DNA of 64,000 nt, taken from positions 19,220,001 to 19,284,000 of the forward strand of contig CM022667.1 in NCBI GenBank assembly GCA_012295275.1. Direction: 5' to 3'. Every line of letters starts with the position of its first letter. Position 1 is the stretch's first letter. This DNA comes from Chrysomallon squamiferum (Eukaryota; Animalia; Mollusca). Positions 56,916-64,000 of the stretch are shown one piece after another. Below the pieces are notes generated by a model. That model was not told the origin of the DNA, searched no databases, and saw nothing but the letters and a program-made list of their open reading frames with translations. The position numbers were made by a program, and so were the translations under genes.

Positions 56916-58175
56916 TTAAATAGTGTATTGCAATTTAAAAAAAAATTAGTAGTAGAAGTCGTAGTAGTAGTACTTTCTCTTTTTTTTTCTCTTTTTTTTT
57001 TACAGCAGTTGATCATTCATCTTTGTCTGTGATATACAGCTCGATAAGAGCGCAGTATTTAAAATTTGAAAAATTAATTTCTTTGAATTACGTCATCTTT
57101 ATAAAAATACGTCATACAGTGTATAAAACGTACGTCATATAATCATTTTCATTTCATTTTACGGCAAGCACTGACTTATTTTCTTTGTTTTTTCAACAAA
57201 ACCTCACAATTTTTAAAAAACAAATTTAATGTTTTTTTGGTTTTTTTGCTCTGTATTATTATATTTTCTATTTATTATTATATTTATCTTAATGATGCTA
57301 CTACAATTCAAAAAAAAAAAAGAAAAAAAAAAAAAAAACTCAGGCTTAATTCCTGCTTTTATTCATAACGAAGTAAAAACTTGTAATCACAAGTTAAAAA
57401 TTACAGTTTGAAATCATAAATCAGAACTATAATATTATCTCTCTTATTTTTTTTCCATTTTTAAAATCAGTTTTAATTAAATTTCTGTTTTATCTTACCT
57501 TAAACTTTTGAAAATGAAAAACGAATGTAACACGTTAATTTTCCAACCGCTGTTTCCAGCCTCATCAGCAGAATTCAGCTATGATGCATGGATCCAGCAG
57601 TTCATTATTTCCGCTGTGAGACTCATCTATTTTGTGAGATCACTAAAAGGCATTGCCCGGACACGCAGTTTCCACACTCATCAGTCACTGACTTGTAATG
57701 TAAGTGGCGAAATATAACTCAGTCTGTGTGGACTTTTGGTCAGCGTATTGACAACGGGCATATGACATGATGATGTTATAAAAATTTATAATCATTTATT
57801 TATTTATTTATTTATTTACTACTTTATTTAATTTAATTTAATTTTTTATTTTATATTGTTTTCGTTATTTATTTTTATTTTATTTATGTTTTGTTATTAA
57901 TTATTATTATTATAAAAACGATAAATTTAGTGGTGCTGGTATTAATACATTAATAAACATTCACTTATTGATAGTCCCGATGTCCAATGGCTTACAGGAT
58001 CGACGCTACCTTAGAAAAAAATGTGCATGTTTAAAATCTATTTTGTTAATAATTGAAATATATAATAAAAAATTTAACATCACCGTTAGACCTGATTAAT
58101 TCATTTTCTGTGTACTTTGAAAAACTTCGTAGAAAGAATTTATACAATAAAATTATTTTAATAAAATTTAATGAT

Positions 58176-58242
<67 letters not shown>

Positions 58243-58349
58243 TGCCCATAATTAAATTATTATATATTATCCCTTATTTATTTTCTTATTTTGTGTTATT
58301 GTATCCATTTCTTTTTCTACAACTGCTACATCAATTATCTTATTACAAT

Positions 58350-59460
58350 CATATCTGCAACAACAACGACTACTACTACCATAACCACTACTCCTATTAG
58401 TATTACTAATACTAATAATACTGCTACTCCTTTTCCTAATTCCACCTTACAACAACTACTGCTATTATTGCTACTACGACTACAACAACAACAACTACCA
58501 CTACTACTACCGCTGCTTCTACAACTGATATTGCTGATACTGCTGTTCCTACTACTACCACCGCTACAACAACAACAACTAGTATTGTTACTATTACTAC
58601 AACCTCTTCTGTCATTACTACTACCAGGACTTTAATTCAGTTACTAACATTATTTCTACCAATACTGGTACTGTGCCGTTATTCTTATTTCTACTGCTGC
58701 TAACATTATTAATACATCAGCTACACTTCCATTACTACCGCCACTATTAATATTGCCATTTATTTGCTGCTACAATTACCACTATATTTAATACTGAATC
58801 ACAAAACTTTTAACTAATTCTGATACTGCTACTACAACTATTACTACTACTGTTAAATTTAACAACACAGTATTGTTAATGTTACAACTCTACTACAATT
58901 AGAACTAAAATGTCTTCCAATCACTTTTATTATAACTACTTCCACTCATACTACTTCTTTTACTGTTTCTTCAGCATTTACATTTACTACTGTATTACTA
59001 ATACCACCACCACCGTTTTAACTAAATCTGCTACTGTTACTTATAATAACAATCATTACAGTTAAATGTAATATGATACCAGCATTATTATTCATATTAT
59101 TACTATTACTACTACTAATATACTACTACTACTACTAATATACTACTACTAGTACTGCTTCTATTATCACCATTATTACAATTACTGTTACTATCAATAT
59201 ACTACTACTACTACTTCGATTATCACTATTATTACAATTACTATTACTACCAATATACTACTACTTCGATTATCACTATTATTACAATTACTATTACTAC
59301 CAATATACTACTACTACTACTTCGATTATCACTATTATTACAATTACTATTACTACCATTATATTACTACTATTACTTCGATTACAACTTCTAATCCTAC
59401 TCCTCCTACTACTACTACAGCTACTACTACTATCCCTACCACTACAACTATTTATCACTA
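58350..59460. repeat. Degenerate (CTA)n/(TTA)n tract containing a ~45-bp unit repeated ~4 times (59150-59385)
   Basis: CTACTACTTCGATTATCACTATTATTACAATTACTATTACTACCAAT recurs. Confidence 0.8.
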
Positions 59461-60029
59461 TCACATAATTATTGCATCAGTAACATTCGTCTGACAAAAA
59501 AGTTTTATTTCCCAAAAGTTTGTTAAAACTACACAGTTAGCTGATAAAAGTACAGTAAAAGAGACCGGTCTGGCGAGTGTTGGCTTGTGACACGTGCGCT
59601 AAAAAGACGGATAGAATACCACGAAAACTGAAAGCTTCTAACATTTGGTCCTGCAGCGCCCCGGGCTGTTTCCAGTATACAGTCATAGCAGGTGAGAGAC
59701 GTGAAATTCCGAAACACAGCCACAGTCCTTGATGTTACGTGGAATGTGAGCTTCAGAATTACTTTGATTAGCAATATAGGTAAGCGACGGAGAAACCGAA
59801 ACAAAATCACAATATTAAAAACCGAGAAAAAAATTAAAATTGTGCAAAGGTATACAAATGTTCATAATCTGCGTCAAGGAATTTTTTTTTTTTTTTTTTT
59901 TATTTTTATTTTTTTTTTTTTTTTGCTTATTGAGACAGTTACAAAACTGTGTATTATGAACTGTAATCAAATATCGTTATGTTTTATAATCAAATAGGCC
60001 TACGTTTAAATACGATAAGAGTTCAGAAA

Positions 60030-61200
60030 TAAACTGCCCAAATATTAAATATCACGAAGTTTTATAATTGAACAGTCCAAAATTAAATATCATAAGATTT
60101 TATAAATAAACTGTACGAAGTTTAAATGTTATGAAGTTGTATAAATGAACGCTCCATAGTTGAACTATCATCAGGTTTTATAAATAAACTGTAAAACGTT
60201 TAATATCATGAAGTTTTATAATCAAACTGTCCAAAGTTTAAATACCATAACATTTTATATATAAACTGTGCAAAATTTAAATATCATAAGATTTAAGAAA
60301 TAAACTGTCCGAAGTTTAAATATCACGAAACTGTTTAATCAACGTCCAAAGTTTAAATATCATGTCTGTCCAAAGTTTAAATATTATGTAGTTTTACAGT
60401 CTGTCCAATGTTTAAATATCATGTCTGTCCAAAGTTTAAATATTATGTCTGTCCAAAGTTTAAATATCATGTAGTTTTACAGTCTGTCCAAAGTTTAAAT
60501 ATCATGTAGTTTTACAGTCTGTCCAAAGTTTAAATATCATGTAGTTTTACAGTCTGTCCAAAGTTTAAATATCATGAAGTTTTACAATCTGTCCAAAGTT
60601 TAAATATCATGAAGTTTTACAGTCTGTCCAAAGTTTAAATATCATGAAGTTTTACAGTCTGTCCAAAGTTTAAATATCATGAAGTTTTACAATCTGTCCT
60701 AAGTTTAAATATCATGAAGTTTTATACTCCCTCCTAAGTTTAAATATAATGTAGGTTTACAATCTGTCCAAAGTTTAAATATCATGAAGTTTTACAGTCT
60801 GTCCAAAGTTTAAATATCATGAAGTTTTACAGTCTGTCCAAAGTTTAAATATCATGAAGTTTTACAGTCTGTCCAAAGTTTAAATATCATGAAGTTTTAC
60901 AATCTGTCCTAAGTTTAAATATCATGAAGTTTTATACTCCCTCCTAAGTTTAAATATAATGTAGGTTTACAATCTGTCCAAAGTTTAAATATCATGAAGT
61001 TTTACAGTCTGTCCAAAGTTTAAATATCATGAAGTTTTACAGTCTGTCCAAAGTTTAAATATCATGAAGTTTTACAGTCTGTCCAAAGTTTAAATATCAT
61101 GAAGTTTTACAATCTGTCCTAAGTTTAAATATAATGTAGGTTTACAATCTGTCCAAAGTTTAAATATCATGAAGTTTTATAATCAAAATTAGTCCAAACT
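60030..61200. repeat. 35-bp minisatellite with degenerate left flank and 210-bp higher-order repeat
   Basis: Unit AGTCTGTCCAAAGTTTAAATATCATGAAGTTTTAC; variant block AATCTGTCCT recurs at 60691, 60901 and 61111. Confidence 0.95.
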
Positions 61201-62102
61201 GAAATTTTATATTATACTGTCCGAAGTTTAAATTCTGTGGACTCTTTATTTATGAGTCCAACATTCAAAAACTGCTTTATGGCTTTATGTATTGCTTTTC
61301 TTTCATATTCTAAAGTAATTTTATTCATTAAATGTTTTTTTTTTTTTTTTTTTTTTTTTTCGTAAAATAGAAGTAGACATTCATTGGTCTGTTGGTTTGT
61401 GTTATTATGTACATGCGGGTTTGTCGTGTGAGTGATGATGAAGAACTGCAAGGTAGGGGCTGACGTTGCGTGTCGCAGAAACATCGCACACATTACCGTT
61501 TTTGATTACAGGACGTTATTTAAAACAGAAGGCTGGCTTTTCACGGAATAAAATCGTATCAAATTTGCTTCTGTTTCATGGAACAAAACAATTATATCTC
61601 TGTTTTTAACTTGTACTAATGATTTTTGTACATCAATTTGATCAATATGCATCATTTTGTAACTAATAATAACAACAGTAGTCTGGCAAATAATCCTATC
61701 CTAAGGCAATCTCTTTTTCCTTCATTCTTTTTTTTTTTTTTTTTTTTTCAAATGAATAATTTTCATCAACATCGACCCGCAGTTGTTGCTGCTGACGCAT
61801 TACGACGTTGTGCCCTACACGACGTACCGGCATGCCTATGTTATATTAGTGTATTTAAAATTTTAAAAAATAATTTAAAAATAAATCAGATAATTATATT
61901 TTAAATTATAAATGTTAACGTGCCTTGGTCGACTCGACCTTTACGTTTGGATCGAAGCAGTTTTCAATATTTTAATTTTTAATCTTTGTGAGTGTGCAGA
62001 AATGTGAGTATGAGAATAAATAAATGTGTAAATCTGCGTGCACGCTCGCACATGCAATCAGACGTAACTCTCTGCCAAAATTATCATTTATTCACGGTTT
62101 TT

Positions 62103-62200
62103 AGGATCGATCCACCTCTGAGCTATTTCTCGTTACAACCACTGCTCCGTAGATAGCGTTACAAAAGGCATGATACGTACTGTCTGTTTGCAGTACGCTG
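62103..62200 (+). mobile_element. Degenerate SINE-like fragment
   Basis: GGATCGATCC (B-box-like) followed by GAGCTATTTCTCGTT..CCA..CAAAAGGC..; resembles, from memory and unverified, a gastropod SINE; a related fragment may lie near 54945-54980. Confidence 0.35.
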
Positions 62201-62353
62201 TAAATAAAAGTTACCTTTCCAGTTTCGTTCTTTCGTTATGTTTGCTTCTTTATTATATGCATTACTGTGGATTAAAAATACGAATTTATATAAAATATAT
62301 CTGTTTGTCGTTCATATAAAATTTATTATAAACATTTATATCATCATCATCAA

Positions 62354-62444
<91 letters not shown>

Positions 62445-62714
62445 TTAGCAACAGTAGTAATAGTCTTATTGAACAATTCTGCTTTCTTCGATTTATAATG
62501 TGCAAAATATTTTCATTTTGGTTTTCCACTACAAGTTACATATCTACCAGCCTTCTGATATTAAATGAAAATTACAGTAAATAATCACATAAATGTAGAT
62601 ATACGAAAAAGTGTATGCAGCAGCTGCCATATTGAAACTGACGTCGGACGCGTACGCCTCAAAAAATTAAACAAACCGGCCGAACGAAGAACTACGAAAC
62701 TAGAATGTTGTATT

Positions 62715-63300
62715 TGTAGTAGTAGTAGTAATGGTGGTGGTAGTAGTAGTAGTAATGGTGGTGGTGGTAGTAGTAGTAGTAGTGGTGGTGGTGGTAGTAG
62801 TAGTAGTGGGTAGTAGTAGTAGTAGTGGTGGTGGTGGTGGTAGTAGTAGTAGTAGGTAGTAGTAGTAGTAGTAGTAATGGTAGTAGTAGTGGTGGTAGTA
62901 GTAGTAAGTAGTAGCAGGAAGTAGTAGGTAGTGGTAGTAGTAGTAGTAATGTGGTAAGTAGTAAGTAGTAGTGGTGGTAGTAATGGTAGTAGTAGTGGTA
63001 GAAATGGTGGTAGTAGTGGTAGTAGTAGTAGTAATGGTGGTGGTGGTAGTAGTAGTAATAGTGGTAGTAGTAGTAGTAGTTGTAGTAGTAGTGGTAGTAG
63101 TAGTAGTAGTAGTAGTAGTTGTAATGGTGGTGGTGGTAGTAGTAATAGTAGTAGTAGTAATGGTGGTGGTAGTAGTAGTAGTAATGGTGGTGGTGGTGGT
63201 AGTAGTAGTAAGTGGTGGTGGTGGTAGTAGTGGTGGTGGTGGTGGTAGTAGTAGTAGTAGTTGTAGTAGTAGTGGTAGTAGTAATAGTAGTAGTAAGTAA

Positions 63301-63335
<35 letters not shown>

Positions 63336-63674
63336 ATGGTGGTGGTAGTAGTAGTTGTAATGGTGGTGGTGGTAGTAGTGGTAGTAGTAGTGGTAGTAGT
63401 AGTTGTAGTAGTAGTGGTAGTAGTAGTAGTAATAGAAGTAGTAGTAGTAGTAATGGTGGTGGTCAGGTAGTAATAGTAGTAGTAAGTAGTAGTAGTAGTA
63501 ATGGCAGTAATGGTGGTGGTGGTGGTAGTAGTAGTAGTAGAAGTAGTAGTAGTAGTTGTAGTAGTAGTGGTAGTGGTAGTAAGTAGTGGTAGTAGTAGTG
63601 GTAGTAGGTGGTGGTGGTGGTGGTGGTGGTAGTAGTAGTAGTAGTGGGTGGTGGTAGTAGTAGTAGTAGTAGTG

Positions 63675-63707
<33 letters not shown>

Positions 63708-63732
63708 AGTAGTAGTAGTAGTAGTAGTAATG

Positions 63733-63783
<51 letters not shown>

Positions 63784-63950
63784 ATGGTGGTGGTAGTAGT
63801 AGCAGCAGCAGTAGTGGTAGTAGTAGTAAAAGCAGTAGTGGTGGTAGTAACAGTGGTCGTAGTAGTAGCAGAAGAAGAATGAGTAGCAACAGCAACAGCC
63901 ACACCGGCAGTACTAGTGGTAATAGTAATAGCAGTAATTTGAATAAATAT
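62715..63950. repeat. Long (TAG)n/(TGG)n trinucleotide low-complexity tract
   Basis: Alternating GTA/GTG triplets; source of the spurious poly-L/T/Y/V ORFs. Confidence 0.95.
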
Positions 63951-64000
63951 AGTAATAGTCAATATTTTCAAAAATTTAAAGTGCACTTTAAGGTTAGTTT

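Noticed and set aside
62585-63986. 400+ aa ORFs rich in L/T/Y/P/H (mucin-like)
   Set aside because: Translations of TAG/TGG trinucleotide repeats that switch between homopolymers; no splice or domain evidence

Overview
AT-rich, microsatellite-laden animal (probably molluscan/gastropod) genomic DNA. Most of the supplied ORF track is spurious simple-repeat translation. Manual splicing gives three multi-exon genes. (1) On the + strand, ~5961-34151, a 22-coding-exon gene of ~2165 aa encodes a type I membrane protein: signal peptide, Reeler-like domain, 7 CUB, 2 C-type lectin (one degenerate), 3 EGF, a transmembrane helix and a ~700-aa low-complexity cytoplasmic tail. Its reading frame is broken at 4-5 sites, each at a short G run and repairable by adding G. 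(2, 3) On the - strand, two tandem, intact 11-coding-exon M14A zinc carboxypeptidase paralogs (35825-42893 and 47473-54554) differ in the S1' specificity residue (Asp vs Tyr at 255), one disulfide, surface charge and C-terminal tail. The window also has tRNA-derived SINE copies, a TA-flanked MITE, 27/35/40-bp minisatellites (one with a 210-bp higher-order repeat) and long trinucleotide tracts. No prokaryotic-type system (CRISPR etc.) is present. All exon models were read by eye and need RNA confirmation.
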